NCBI GenBank assembly: GCA_964016885.1 | Contig: OZ024740.1 | Coordinates: forward strand, 439,642,001-439,706,000 | Direction: 5' to 3' | Source of the DNA: Eledone cirrhosa | Lineage: Eukaryota | DNA length: 64,000 bases | Part shown: piece after piece, positions 1 through 13,198 of the stretch | How the letters are laid out: the number at the start of each line of letters is the position of its first letter | Position numbering within the stretch: position 1 is the stretch's first letter | Made by a program: the position numbers and the translations under genes | The notes under the pieces: model-generated | Seen by the model: the letters and a program-made list of their open reading frames with translations, nothing else | What the model was told of the DNA's origin: nothing | Databases searched by the model: none

Positions 1-3000
1 TCTAGAGCGCCCACAACCACTGGTATTGTTTTAGTTCTCAATTTCCACATTTTTCCAATTTCTATCTCCAGGTCCTTATACTTGCTCAATTTTTCAAATG
101 GTTTTTATAGATACATTCTTGTCTATTGGAACGGACATATCAATTAGCAGGCATACCCTCTTTTTAAAGTCCTTCAATATTATATCAGGTCTATTTGCAT
201 ATATTTTTCGGTCTGTATGGATGCTAAAGTTCGACAAGATTGCGATGTGATCTTTTTCAAGTATGGGAGGTGGTTGATGCTCCCACTAATTCTTTTGATG
301 GGGCAGGTCAAAATGCTTACACATTATCCAATGTATGTATTGTGCAGCTCTGTCATGCCTGTTTAGGTATTCGGTTGGAGCTATAGGACTGCACATTGAA
401 ATTATATGGTCAATGGTCTCTGGTTGTTTTTTACATACACGGCATAATGGGCTGCATCCATTTTTTATTATGTTAGCTTGGTAATTTTTTGTTGGCAGAC
501 ACTGATCTTGTGCTGATATAATCAGTCCTTCAGTCTCCGATTTCAGTCCAGAGGATGCCAACCACTGATGGGTTAAAGTTTTGTCAACATCAGGATTGCT
601 AGCTTGTTCTGGGTATTTTCCATACAGAGGCTTTTCTTGCCATTTCTTAGCCAGTTTCTGTAGCAGTTCTTTCTTTGCAGTTACTTTTACCTGCTTTGCT
701 TTTTCTGTGTTTTCGATTTCAGCAGTAAATGGGACTTCTGAAATTTGTAGTCCATTACTGTATCATTGTGCATCTTTTGTAATGGAGTATGATCTTTTGA
801 CGCTTTCGTGTTTCAAAACAAGTTTGATCATCCAATCATGTGATTCCCTTAGATATGTAGATAATCCAATTGTTTCAGTTTTCAACGCAATGTCTAACTG
901 GATTAACCCACGTCCTCCTTCTTTCCTAGGGAGATATATTCTATCTGTATCTGCCTTAGAGTGATGCATTCTGTGCATGGTTAAGAATTTTCGAATTTTT
1001 GTATCGAGCCTACGGATCTCTGTGCTTGACCAGTTGAGACATTGTAACAGTAGGGTACTACTGGTATGGCAAGCGTGTTTCGATCCTATTCCTTGCATTC
1101 AATTCCGTTATTAAGATTGCTCTTACTCTGCGGTAACATTCCTTACTTATTCTTTCCCTCATTGTCGAGTTTTTGATTCCGTCTCCCTCACAAACACCTA
1201 GATATTTGTAAGTTTCCCTTTGATCAAATTCTCTTATCACATTCCCCCGATCAAGATTAATGTCTGAACTTTTCAGCAGCTTTCCTCTGGTGAACGTTGC
1301 TTTGGCGCATTTATCTAGTCCAAACTCCATTTTAATGTCATCACTGAACTGCTCCACAGTGGATAATAGCCCTTGCAATTGTTCATCATTTTTTGCAAAT
1401 AGTTTCAGGTCATCCATGTAGAACAAGTGATTAATGGTTTTGTCATAGACTTTATATCCATGTTTTGTTTTATTGAGCATTTTACTTAATGGTATAAGTG
1501 CGATGCAGAATAAAAGCGGTGATAAAGAGTCACCCTGAAAAATTCCACAATTAATATTAACTTCTCCAGCTTCCAGTGATTTTGTTTCACTATTCAAAAG
1601 GAGTGTCGTTTTCCATGTCTTCATACTGAATGACAAAAAACCCTGACAACGGGAGATATTTTGAAAATCTCTAAACATTTTTCAATTCAACTGCGTGGCA
1701 AACTATCGAATGCTTTTTTATAATCTATCCAAGCAATTGGTAGATTTTTGTGTCTATTATGACAATCTTCCAGTATCATTTTGTTAACCAGAAGCTGATC
1801 CTTACAGCCATATGAGCCTCGTTTACACCCTTTCTGCTCAATGGGAAATAGGTCATTTGTTATCAGGTGGTCATATGTATATTCAGTTAGGACTGATGTT
1901 GAAATTTTATACATTGTGGTCAAGCAAGTTATCGGTCTGTAATTTTTGGGATTGTTTGTCTCATCATTCTTTGGAAGCAGAAATGTAATGCCGTTAACTA
2001 GCCATGATGGTATCTTTTCTGGCTCTTTAACTATTTCATTGTAAAGTTGGGCTAACAGCTCATGAGACTCTGTGAAGGCATTTATCCCAAAATTTTGTAT
2101 TTTGTCTTTTCCTGGGGATTTCCATTTACTGGTTTTTCTAAGAGCCAAACGCAACTGTTCAACTGTTATATTTTCCCATATTTGTTCCTCAAGGTGAGCT
2201 GTATCTTTCATTTGTCTGTCTATCCATGGGGCATGTATATTATGAAATTTTTCTTCGGCCCAGATCTTTTCCCAGAATTCTTGCACTTCCTCCTTGGGTG
2301 GTATTGATTTAGCAGTTATTGTTGACTTACCAATTTTTCTGTAGAAGTTTCTTTGGTTGTTTTTGAACATATTATTGTCCTTATAGAATCTAGATCGTTT
2401 TACAAAGCGCCTTTTACGAGCAGCTTTGGCCGACACTTTTTGCTTGATTATTTCTATCAGCATGTCTATGTCACTTGTTGATTTTATATTGTACAATCTT
2501 TTCAATTTTCTAAGTTTAGTTTGTTTAACATATTCACCTACTTTATAGTTTGTTAAAATTTCTATGTCAGATCGGAGAAGGTTTATTTGGCGATTGATGT
2601 TCTCTTGCCAAGTAGATTTCTTGTGGGAATTCCTTTGTTTTGTCATTTTCACACCACATAAGTGAGTGGTGACTTTAGCCGATGCAGAATAGAGATGATT
2701 TAAATCAGTAATGTTTAGTTTGTTTGTGATGATAATGTTTTTGAGAATTATGTTAGTCTTGTGTATTATCTTTTGGTTCTGTTTGGAGTTCTGGATCTTA
2801 GGGAGGGTGTCTCGTTCCCCCATGTCAGATTCTTTCATTTTCATCCATTCGATCATAATTTTATCCTTCAAGTTGGCAAGTTCATTCTCATTCATTTCTT
2901 TATCATTTACGATCTCATTGTTTTCATTTGGAGTTTCATCTTGAGCATGCACTCCCTCCAGTTTTACGATCCTTTCTTTAATTTGTTGTTGTCAGTGATT

Positions 3001-3680
3001 CCACCCCATTCCCTGGGATTCGAAGTGTTACAGTTTACCTCGTTTTCACTGACACATGTTTCATTTTCCCTTCGCTGACTTTGTGCTAATAGCTTGATCT
3101 GATCAATTTCTATATCAGTTAGTAACTTTTTTTTTACAATATTTCTTCGTATTTTGGCTAGTTTGTTACTGTCAATATAGCCTCTGTTTTCGGGATGTTT
3201 CTTTTTCCAGTTGATATATGTCTGTTCTGTATTCGATGTATTTGATGGGTAGTACATGGCAGTGTAGAAAGCCTCAAGGACTTCTTTATTATCTTCCCTT
3301 GACCATTTTTCTCTCTTTATCTTTGGATTTCTTGGTGGTGAGTATGGAGGGCCAACAGTAGGAGTATTCCGGTTATGGGAGGTCTCCAGCTCCGAAGTGA
3401 TGGGAAGGTTTGAACCATTAGCTGATTTTTCGACCCCAGTCTGGTTCCACTCTGAGGGACGCGGCCCTTTTTTACCCGGGTGACGGCCGATCCGGTATGA
3501 GATTTTATCATTTGATATTTACTTTATTTTGTCGCGTTTTATTCTTATCCGCCAAGAGGTAATCATTTCGTGTTACCACTCCTACGACGAGTGTCAACCA
3601 AGACTGGAGAGGTCGTCATCCCCTAGAGACACGGCTATTCCCCGCCGGCCGCCATCCCGGTATTTCTTGGTCACGGGGTT
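1..3680 (-). mobile_element. R4/Dong-clade non-LTR retrotransposon (family A, copy 1), near full length with 5' UTR, frameshifted; 3' end runs off the window
   Basis: Minus-strand ORF pieces 3317-3511, 2964-3257, 1687-2952, 1058-1678, 763-1098 and 286-561 carry RT motifs (WKSPGKD, NYRPITCL, IDYKKAFDS, GIFQGDSLSP, YMDDLKL) and a CCHC finger (CRVCKKQPETIDHIISMC). No APE domain is visible. Confidence 0.9.
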
Positions 3681-4602
3681 TTCTTTTTTGTTGTTTTTTT
3701 AAATTGTTATTATCATGAGTGGTTCCTAAATGTGAGCATTGCTTGGCTTAAGAATGAAATTATTAATAATATAATATACTTCTTGCTGAAGTTGCCTGTT
3801 ATTGTTGTTGGCTATGTCGGTGTTGGTGCTGGGGCTTTCTCTATTGTTGGTGGGGAAGGGTGGAGCCAGCAGTGCAATAGTCGTTAACGTTTGGCCGGTG
3901 GCCGGGTCACTAAGTCAATCTATTTATATCTTTTTCTAGCCTCTCCCTTGTCTACTGATACCGCCACCTTCCCCTTTCTTAAGTTAACAGACGGTAATTG
4001 GGGAATAGTGGTGGTAGCAATGAAGGAGTGGTGGCGGCAGTGACTCTAGTGATGACCTTGTCGTTACTGAGTTTTGTTGAATAGACTGTAGTTTGTTTGA
4101 TCTGTGTATCTATGCGGTTTGTCGCGTATGTTTAATATATGTGTTGACATATTACTTTAATATTGGAATTAAACATTTTGTGAAAACTTGAGACAATAAT
4201 AATAGTAATTATTATTATTATGCTGGGATTGGTAGTGGTGGTGGTGAAATTGCCGTTATCTGGTTGTTGTATTTAGTGTACACAGAGGGGTGATGGGATA
4301 GGTGGTGTATCTAGTTTGTGGTGTTGGTGAAATTGATGTTATTTGGCTGTTCTATATAGTGTAGACAGAGGGGGTTTTCTTCCACTTATAACCATTTTCT
4401 TTGTTGAATATAAAATGTATAATACAAAATTAAATATTTGAGCGATATAACGGATATTATGGATCCGAATTTTTTGAGAGTTGAGTCTGGTGCTTTATGT
4501 ATCATTTGTACTAAGAATTGTTATTTCACAATTGATTTAAATATGTTAAAAATCAAAAACTTACGGGAACGATTTCATGACCTTCTATCCACCACGTGCG
4601 TC

Positions 4603-4651
4603 TTCTTCCCTTCTTCATCTTCTTCTTCTTCTTCTTTTTCTTCTTCTTCTT

Positions 4652-4682
<31 letters not shown>

Positions 4683-4705
4683 TTATTATTATTATTATTA
4701 TTATT
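4603..4705. repeat. (TCT)n then (TAT)n compound microsatellite, left flank of the Tx1 element
   Basis: Directly visible. Confidence 0.95.
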
Positions 4706-4922
4706 GAATGCTATGGTTGACGGAGGCTCGGCTCTGTAAGGTATTGTAAATTTTGAACGCTATAACAATTGTAAATTGTTTAAAACTTTAACCAACTTAT
4801 AGACAAAAACACCCTCCTCCTCGTGAGAGGGGTCTTTCTGTCCGTTATTTGGCCCTTCGGGGTTAAATAACTACTTATTGAGGTTTTGTGCCCAATATTT
4901 ATTTTAAACAAAAAAAAAACAA

Positions 4923-7034
4923 CATGGCTACGAAAAAGAATTTGCATAGGTCACTCCCACTCATTCCGTCTTCTTTTTCCTCAATCGTCACTACAGCAGA
5001 GAGAAGATTGTCTCTCTCCCTCCCTTCTTTAAATGTGTCTCTCTCCCTCCCTTCTCTTACGCAAGCGACGACAGAAAAGAAAAGTCTCGTGCAAAGCGTG
5101 CAAGATTTCTCCACGACGACGACGACAACGACGAAACAGGTGTGCGGGAAATACGAAAACCCATTTCATTCATCTGATCAGGAATAATAGCAGTAGCAGC
5201 CGTAATAACAACAGCAACAGTGACAATGAAAACAACAGTAGCAGCCGCAACAACATTAGCAGCAGCATAAACAACAACAGCATTAGCAGCAGCAACAACA
5301 ACAACCACAGCAACAGCAGCGGCGGCAGTAGTCGTAGTACCTGCAGCAACAACAAAAGTAACAGCAGCTCTGACGACAACAACAACAACAACAGCAGCAA
5401 AGAAAAACCAATCTCGTTTGCAGGTATCGCGAAGAACCTGGAAACAATCCTCATAACAAATGAGGAATTAGAGGAAGCGAAGAAGATGGTGACAAAAACT
5501 GGACGCCGAGCAATCTGTAAGGCAGCGGAAAAATGTTTCGAAACCCAACAACACTGTACGGTCACGTACCGTACAGTAAGTACAAAATCCCGTAGGGTTG
5601 AAAGAGCCACAGAGGCTCAAATACAAAAAGCCTTGGGGTCTGTGTGGCAGCGGAAAACGCACATCACCCGAGGCAAGAAATATGCCACCGTAGACGTACT
5701 TTTTGCCACACCCCAGGAGGCAAAGGCCCAATCAGTAGTGACCCTAAGGAGCGAGGAAATGGTGTTGGTGCCCTCCTACTGCGGGCAAAAAATTGTGAGG
5801 GTCAAACTGATCCACGTCCCCCCCCCCCGGGATGGCCCCTTCTTGGCTGGCCGCGTCTGTCCTCGTCGGAATCGAGGACAAAACAACTGTACTGCAAGTA
5901 CAGAAAAAAGTAAGAGAAGATTGGGTCGGCACCTCCATTGAGATGTTAATCCAAACCAACCAGGAGTGCATCGAAGCTATTCCGGATGTGATAGACTTCG
6001 ATAACGGCACTCAACTGCCCATAAGTGTTGAGGGCAAACGCCCGAAATGCTTTCGCTGTGGATCGAAGACTCACCTCAGGGCCTTCTGCAACGAGAAGAC
6101 CCTGAGAAAGGAGTAAAACCCCCCTCCTTCCGAAACCGGCTCCACGGCTACCAGCAACAGGACAAGCGGCAACCAGGAACGATAGGTCCGTGGCACCCAT
6201 AGCCACGCCACGGAAATCAAAAACAGCAGTAGCAGTGGAAGTATTAACAACAACAACAGCAATACCAAATGCAGCTGCAACAGAGACTCCAGTGTAAACA
6301 TCACCAACAACAACAAGTGTAAGAGTGGAGCTGGTACCCCTCCCCGACCTCACAGAATCAGACATGGAGCGTGAGGTGGGAGAGAGATGGCGAAAGGTCG
6401 TAAGAAGGCACAAACGCAGAAGCAGCGCATCGTCGCCTTTGAAAAGGGAGGAAAGAAATGAAAAAAGGGTAAAGTCTACTGCAAAGAGACTCACAGCAGC
6501 AACACCACCAACACCATCACCACCCACACTAGCACCACCATCACCACCGGCGACAACCCCACCGCCAACAACACCTTCAACACCACTACCATAAGCACCA
6601 ACATCACAAACACAACAACAAAACACACACACCCAGCAACAACGACAAGAAAATAGCAGAACCACACCCCACCCCACCCCCAGAAAAACAAATGCACGGT
6701 AATAAATACACACAACAAGAAACTAATGACTTACATAATTGAACACACAGACATTTCACAACACGACTACATAATACCAGCACCAATCAAAACGCCAACT
6801 AACATAAGACTGCTAAAAATAGCACAGAAACAATACACAAACATTAAAACGAAATTCCCCAACGCAGTTGGTGATTTCCGAGTCCTAGGAGGAACTATCA
6901 ACCGAAGAGTATATTCGGACATACTCATAGAAGAGCCGACGACCAGCGGAAGGGACGATTCAACGGTCCCTTCACCAGACGATCAAGTGAAAAGGGATGG
7001 AAAAACCATCACTCCTCTACGAAAAGTACGGTAA
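4923..7034 (+). pseudogene. Tx1 ORF1 (gag-like nucleic-acid-binding protein), disrupted; boundaries approximate
   Basis: ORF pieces 5033-5941, 5832-6116, 6325-6594 and 6726-7034; CCHC knuckle CFRCGSKTHLRAFC; frameshift at the poly-C run near 5818-5828. Confidence 0.65.
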
Positions 7035-7068
7035 GTGGTCTTTCCCATCTTTCCACTCTATTTTAAAC

Positions 7069-10000
7069 ATGACCTCACTCAGAAGAGGCAGCATAAATGC
7101 GCGTGGCTTGGGGTCGTCATAGAAGCAGGGTCACCTGCTCAACGACCTCAGGTCACTAAACATAGATGTAGTGGCCATCAGCGAGACCAGAATCTCAGAA
7201 GCACGGGCCTTCGCACCGATCTTCGGCGGCTACGATGTGTACGCATCTTCCAGCCGTCCTGGATCGGGGGGAGGAGTTGCTGTGCTTTTTCGGAGAGGTT
7301 TGGATCTCGCCATACGAGCCATCTTCCTGGACGCAGAGGGTAAGTTGGTGGTGCTGGACTTGACCAGCGGAGACGGGCAAGCTTTCACGCTAGTGGCCGT
7401 CTATGCCCCGACAGGAGCAGGGCGGCCTGATTTCTTCCGGCGTCTGGAGACCTTTCTTGGAACGTCCCGCTCTTTAGTGTTAGTAGGCGACTGGAAAGGT
7501 ATCTTAGATGCACGCTGGGACTGTGTGGGATTAGCGGATAGGGGTGGAGGGTGCAAGAGCCTCACCAACCTGCTCAGGCGTTTTGAACTGTCTGACAGGT
7601 ACCGATTGGATTTCCCGAATGTGCCAATGTGGACTTAAACAAATCGAATAGGGTCATCCAGATCATATCTAGATAGAGTATTTTGTAGGGAAATAGATAG
7701 GTCTAGCATAGGCTGTCCACAATTCAAGATAGTCAGCTACACGGACCACAAATTCGTGATCTGTGTGCTTGACTTAGATAGGCTTCATAGACGAGGACCC
7801 GGCTACTAGAAGCTAAACGCGTCCTTACCAGCGCGCAAGGCCTACAGAGACCGGATTAGCGAACTAGTTAAGCGGGCGTTGACGGGGGCCATAGTCAATA
7901 ACAAGCGGTGGTTTGCTCTGAAAAGAGCAATTAGAATAGAATCGATTAGGTTTAGTAAGGCTTTAGCAATAGAGAAAAATAGAGCAGAGGGAAAACTAGT
8001 TAGAAAATTAGACGAGGCGCTTAGCAAAGGCATTGCGACCGACGTGCCTGCGGCGAAGTTGGCCCTTGACCAATTCTTCAATGCAAAGCACGAAGGCTGC
8101 GTTGTGAGAGCAAGGGTGCGTGCTCCAGACACGAGGGGACGAAAGCCGTTCAATGGGCCCGAGTGGCGGAGGCGCGTCATGGCAACAAAGCCACGATCCG
8201 GTCTTTGGTGGAACACGACGGGTGCATGCTACTCGATCCCGGGCAAATGTGTGAAGCTTTTCAGCGACACTTCGCTCAGCTGTTCGGAGGCAGCGGTGGG
8301 CTTGGTCGAGGGATGTATTTTGTGTCTACCTCGACGGACTGCCGGGGCTCTCGGCCACTGAGGCGAAGAGTTGCGAAAAGCCGATAATAGCCGCTGAAGT
8401 AAGGGAGGCAATGACTGGCTGCACAAGGGGTAAATCGCCAGGTTTGGATGGTCTGCCCTATGAACTTTACGTACAGATGCCAGACTTGTTCGGAGGCCTC
8501 TTGGCGGACGTCTACTGCAACTGGCAACATAACGGGAGAATTCCCAGTTCTGTGAGCCGAGGAGCGGTGACACTGCTGAGAAAGGATCCGAACAAGGGGG
8601 ATAACATAGATAATTTCAGGCCCTTAACTCTGCTAAACACAGAGTTCAAGATTTTGGCCAAGGTGCTAGCAAAGAGGTTGGCGCTTGTCGTTGGTGGTCT
8701 GGTGGGAGAGGCGCAGACATGCGCTATTCCCGACAGATCCATCCACGACAACCTCCACCTCATGCGATACATCGTAGAGAGGGTAGCTAGGGAACATTGC
8801 ACGAGTGGGTCCTTGAACAATTTAGATCAGTCGAAAGCTTTCGATAGGGTCGACCATCGTTACCTAGCGGCAGTCCTGAGGGCGGCTGGCTTTGGGCCCG
8901 TCTTCAGAGGCTGGATCGCTGCCATGCACAGCGACATCTGCTCTGTGGTGAGAGTGAACGGTCACCTGTCGGAACCGTTCGACATCATGCGCTCGGTCCG
9001 CCAAGGATGTCCCCTCTCGTCCCTCTTGTACATATTGAGTCTCGACCATTACTGCACAAACTGGAGACGTTGAGGGGCGGCCCGCGCGAACTAGGATGCG
9101 GAAGATCCGTGTCAGCATATGCGGACGATGTCACCGTAGTGGTGTCGAACGCCAAACACATCGAGGCGATCGGCACTACACTAAGAGAATACGAAGCGGT
9201 GACAGGAGCAATGATCAACCAGGAAAAGTCAGTGGGCCTGCAGCTCGGCACCTGGAGAGGCAGGTCCATGCCGTCCAACAGCGTCGTCGGACGCTGGACG
9301 GACGGACCGGTTAAATTGCTAGGGGTCTGGTTCGGTCCGGACCTCCAGACGGACAAAAACTGGGACGAGGTGACGAGCAGGGTGGCTTCTCTCACCCAGA
9401 AATGGGCGGAGAAGAAGCTATCCCTGAAAGGTCGAGCGGAGGTGGCTAACACGTACATCGCGTCTGTCATCTGCTACCGCCTGACCGTCGTACCTCGTCC
9501 TAAGCCTCGCCTGACTGCGCTGGAGCGTTTGATCTTTCGCTTTTTGTGAAAAGGACGCGCTCCGATGGTCAGGCGGTCCATCTGTTGTCAACACCCGCTA
9601 CGTGGAGGGCTGGGCATGCCGTGGCTGATGATGCGCAGGCACGCGCTCAGGCTACGACATCTCCACCTCTTCCTCGACGGTGATCAGGTGTGGTCGCCGT
9701 TTGCTAGACACGTATTTCCCCAGCTCGTTTCCTTGACGGAGCTGCAGTCCTGGGTCAAGCGAAGACCGAGAGGGAGCGCCTGGAGACTGGAATGTCTTGA
9801 AGCGCTCACAGCCCTCGACCAATCGGGCAATGTGATCGGTGGAAACTCCACCTCGGCGTTCTATAGAGGATTAGTGGAGGGGAAGAGCGACGACGTACTT
9901 GGGGAAAATCTAGGCGTCGACGAAAATCAACTAGCCAATCTCTTCGGAAGAACTTTTAGGCCAGGGCCTATGGACAACTTCCAGAAATCTCTGGCCTGGC

Positions 10001-10485
10001 AGTGCTACCGAGGAGCCTTGCCAGTTCGGGTTAAACTCTACAGGCATGGAGGTGCTGTCAGCCGGGCATGTCCGAGATGCGCGCAGGGCGACGAAACCGT
10101 CCTGCACGCACTCGTCCAGTGTCCGAAAATTGCTGACTTGTGGGTTTATATCGAACACCTGCTGTCGCATTTAGGACGGATCCGGCTATCATCTGAGTCC
10201 ATCGTGAGGATTGCCCCGCCCTCCTCCTTTAGTCGGGAAGGGCAGGCAGTTTTTATCTGTCTGGTGGCCATGGTGAAAGAGATAGTATGGTGGACACGTT
10301 TGAAAGGGCTGAAGACGAGCACTTACCTCTTCGGTGATGCTCTGATTGACTTTTTCAAATTTCATTTGAAAAGGAAAATCAGAGTAGAGAGGGAAGTGCT
10401 CTCTTCCCAGCATTTTGTTGAAAGATGGGTGAGAGAAGCAAGAATGGCCCGAGTGAATGGGCCTATTCTGAGCATATATCTGTAA
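7069..10485 (+). pseudogene. Tx1 ORF2 (APE endonuclease + reverse transcriptase + C-terminal zinc motif) with stops and frameshifts
   Basis: ATG 7069 reads MTSLRRGSINARGL; motifs ISETR, GGGVAVL, VAVYAP, LVGD, KSPGLDGLP, FRPLTLLN, DQSKAFDRVDH, RQGCPLS, AYADDVTV, CPRCAQGDETVLHALVQCP. Confidence 0.9.
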
Positions 10486-10755
10486 ATTAAAGGTGGAAAA
10501 CTGGGAGAGGGCACTTGCGTTGGTGGTCAGGGTCATTGTGGCTTTTTACTGGGCTTTCTCCACAAATGTCCCTCCGAAGTCTCCCCCCTATTGGGGAATT
10601 TTTCATTGTTATTTTTTGTTACATCCTCTGTTTTTGTTTTTTTACTCGCAGAAATGCCCATTTGTACCGTCCTGTATTGTCCTGCACTGTCCTTAATGTC
10701 TACTTTATGTAAACCCTTGTGGTTAATAAAGAAATCATTATTATTATTATTATTA

Positions 10756-11404
10756 CAGTTGCATTTATCTTGCTTTATGTCATACGAGTTATCACCAAGT
10801 CACAACCAGTGACCTCAAGAGACAACAAGGTCCGCCATGTTCAAGGAAGAACATACATATTCACACATGCATATTTAGTGTTTAGACTTGTGATGTACTT
10901 ATATTGACAGAATCTTCCTTAGTATATGGGCAGTTCCCATTAGTACTATCTTTTGTATTTCTCCTATACGCGGATTTCCTGGGATCTGCGATAAGTAATC
11001 ATTAGACCCCTTAGGTATCATTCCCAGAGCGCCTACAACCACTGGTATTGTTTTAGTTCTCAATTTCCACATTTTTCCAATTTCTATCTCCAGGTCCTTA
11101 TACTTGCTCAATTTTTCAAATGTTTTTATAGATACATTCTTGTCTATTGGAACAGACATATCAATTAGCAGACATACCCTCTTTTTAAAGTCCTTCAATA
11201 TTATATCAGGTCTATTTGCATCTATTTTTCGGTCTGTTTGGATGCTAAAGTTCCACAAGATTGAGATGTGATCTTTTTCAAGTATGGGAGGTGGTTGATG
11301 CTCCCACCAATTCTTTTGATGGGGCAGGTCAAAATGCTTACACATTATCCAATGTAAGTATGGTGCAGCTCTGTCATGCCTGTTTAGGTATTCGGTTGGA
11401 GCTA

Positions 11405-11406
<2 letters not shown>
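10756..11406 (-). mobile_element. R4/Dong family A, 5'-truncated copy 2 (RLE domain + 3' UTR)
   Basis: ORF 10899-11345 has the restriction-like endonuclease motif RPDIILKD..LIDMSVP..KLSKY; near-identical to 13198-13850; (ATT)n on both sides. Confidence 0.9.
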
Positions 11407-11440
<34 letters not shown>

Positions 11441-12869
11441 CTTTGTTATTACAATTTGAGTCTCAGTCATTGATGTTAGTTAACTGGAAAGTTTGTTGAA
11501 ATGAATATCAAGCCACTACCCGCAGCCTCAGATATTCAGGACGTATCGGAGGGTTCTTGCTGTTCCCAGCAAACATGCTTTTGAAGCGTTCCAAAAAGCG
11601 TGAAGGGGCCAATTTTCTTTAACCATCCATAGAGACTCTTTGAGATAGTCCCTAGTGCGCCTATGACAATCGGGATCACTTTGACTTCATGGCAGTTCCA
11701 AATCCTTTTTACCTCCCACTTTAAGTCCTGGTATCGGTTAATTTTCTCCCTCTCCTTCTCTTGCACTCTCGTGTCGAATGGGCAGGCCACATCCACAATC
11801 AGACACGATCTTTTTTCTTTGTCCAAAACCACCAGGTCAAGTCTATTGTGTTCCAGTTTCTTGTCCGTCTGTATCCTAAAATCCCACAGCACCTTCACCT
11901 GATCGTTTTCTATCACCGCCTCTGGCTTATGCTCATACCGCTTCTCAGAATCTGGTAAATTGTTTACTTTGCATAGGTGCCAGTGGATCACCCTGCCAAT
12001 CACATCATGTCTCCAGCCCTTACAGTGAGTCTGGGCTAGGTGTTTACACTCGGATACAATGTGAGCCACAGTCTCCTCTCTCTCTCCACAGATCCTGCAC
12101 AGTGGGCTAGCCTCCTCCTTGTAAATGTGGTGTTTCAACCACTTCGTTTTGAGGGCCTGCTCCTGCGCAGCCATTAACATTCCTTCTCTAGCCTTTTTAA
12201 GGTCTCCTCTTTTCAACCAGTTCCATGTCTGTGGATCTCTAAATTCAGTTCTCTCAAAGAAGGTACTATGAAGGGATTTTTCCTGAAAGCTGCTCTTTCT
12301 CCTTGATGTTATTTCCTCCTTGGACATCCCCTGGCCTACTGTCCCTTCCTTCAGTACAGTTCTGAGCATTGGCTCCTTACTATCAGTCACGTATTTGTGT
12401 TGGTTGTTTTTCTCCATCTGAACACAGTCATCTATGCTGATAAGACCTCTTCCAACCTCAGATCTCCTTAAGTAGAGTCTATCGACATCACTCCTCTTGT
12501 GGAACATGTTGTAGATAGTCAAAAGCTTCCTAGCCTTCCTATCCATATCTTTTTGTTCAGCAACATTCCATCTCAGAATTCCCGCACTGTACCTAATAAT
12601 AGACACAGCTCGGGAATTTACTGCACTTATGGCATTTCTACTGTTCAGACGTGACTTTAATACGCTCCTTACTCTCCGAAGGTATTCAGTTCTTATCAAT
12701 TCCTTCATTTGTTTGTTCTTGATGTCATCAGCCTCCAGAACGCCCAAATACTTGTATCCTTCCTCAGAGTCAATTTTCTTTATCATCTCACCTGTTGGTA
12801 TCTGGATTCCGTTACTTCTGCTCAACTTACCCCTCTTCATTACAATGACTCCACACTTACTAATACCAA

Positions 12870-12870
<1 letters not shown>
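11441..12870 (-). mobile_element. Second R4/Dong-type family (B), 5'-truncated
   Basis: ORF 11536-12840: YKYLGV, CRICGEREETVAHIVSEC, RHD, LWDFRIQTD..LDLVVLDK..IVDVACP..KINRY; divergent from family A; (ATT)n flanks. Confidence 0.88.
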
Positions 12871-12915
<45 letters not shown>

Positions 12916-12916
<1 letters not shown>

Positions 12917-13165
12917 AGTTGCATTTATCTTGCTTTATGTTCATACGAGTTATCACCAAGTCACAACCAGTGACCTCAAGAGACAACAAGGTCCGCCATG
13001 TTCAAGGAAGAACATACATACTCACACATGCATCTTTAGTGTTTAGACTTGTTATGTACTTATATTGACAGAATCTTCCTTAGTATATGGGCAGTTCCCA
13101 TTAGTACTATCTTTTGTATTTCTCCTATACGCGGGTTTCCTGGGATCTGCGATAAGTAATCATTA
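12916..13165 (-). mobile_element. R4/Dong family A, severely 5'-truncated copy 3 (3' UTR + ORF end)
   Basis: Near-identical to 10756-11005; (ATT)n flanks. Confidence 0.9.
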
Positions 13166-13166
13166 A

Positions 13167-13197
<31 letters not shown>

Positions 13198-13198
<1 letters not shown>

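Larger units (their letters stand above)
4706..10737 (+). mobile_element. L1/Tx1-clade non-LTR retrotransposon, probably full length, decayed
   Basis: ORF1 with gag-type zinc knuckle, ORF2 with APE + RT + C-terminal Cys motif. 3' end AATAAAGAAATC is followed by (ATT)n; 5' side is bounded by (TAT)n. Confidence 0.85.

Noticed and set aside
5946-6786. Val/Gly-rich minus-strand ORFs
   Set aside because: Antisense shadows of the CA-rich Tx1 ORF1 region
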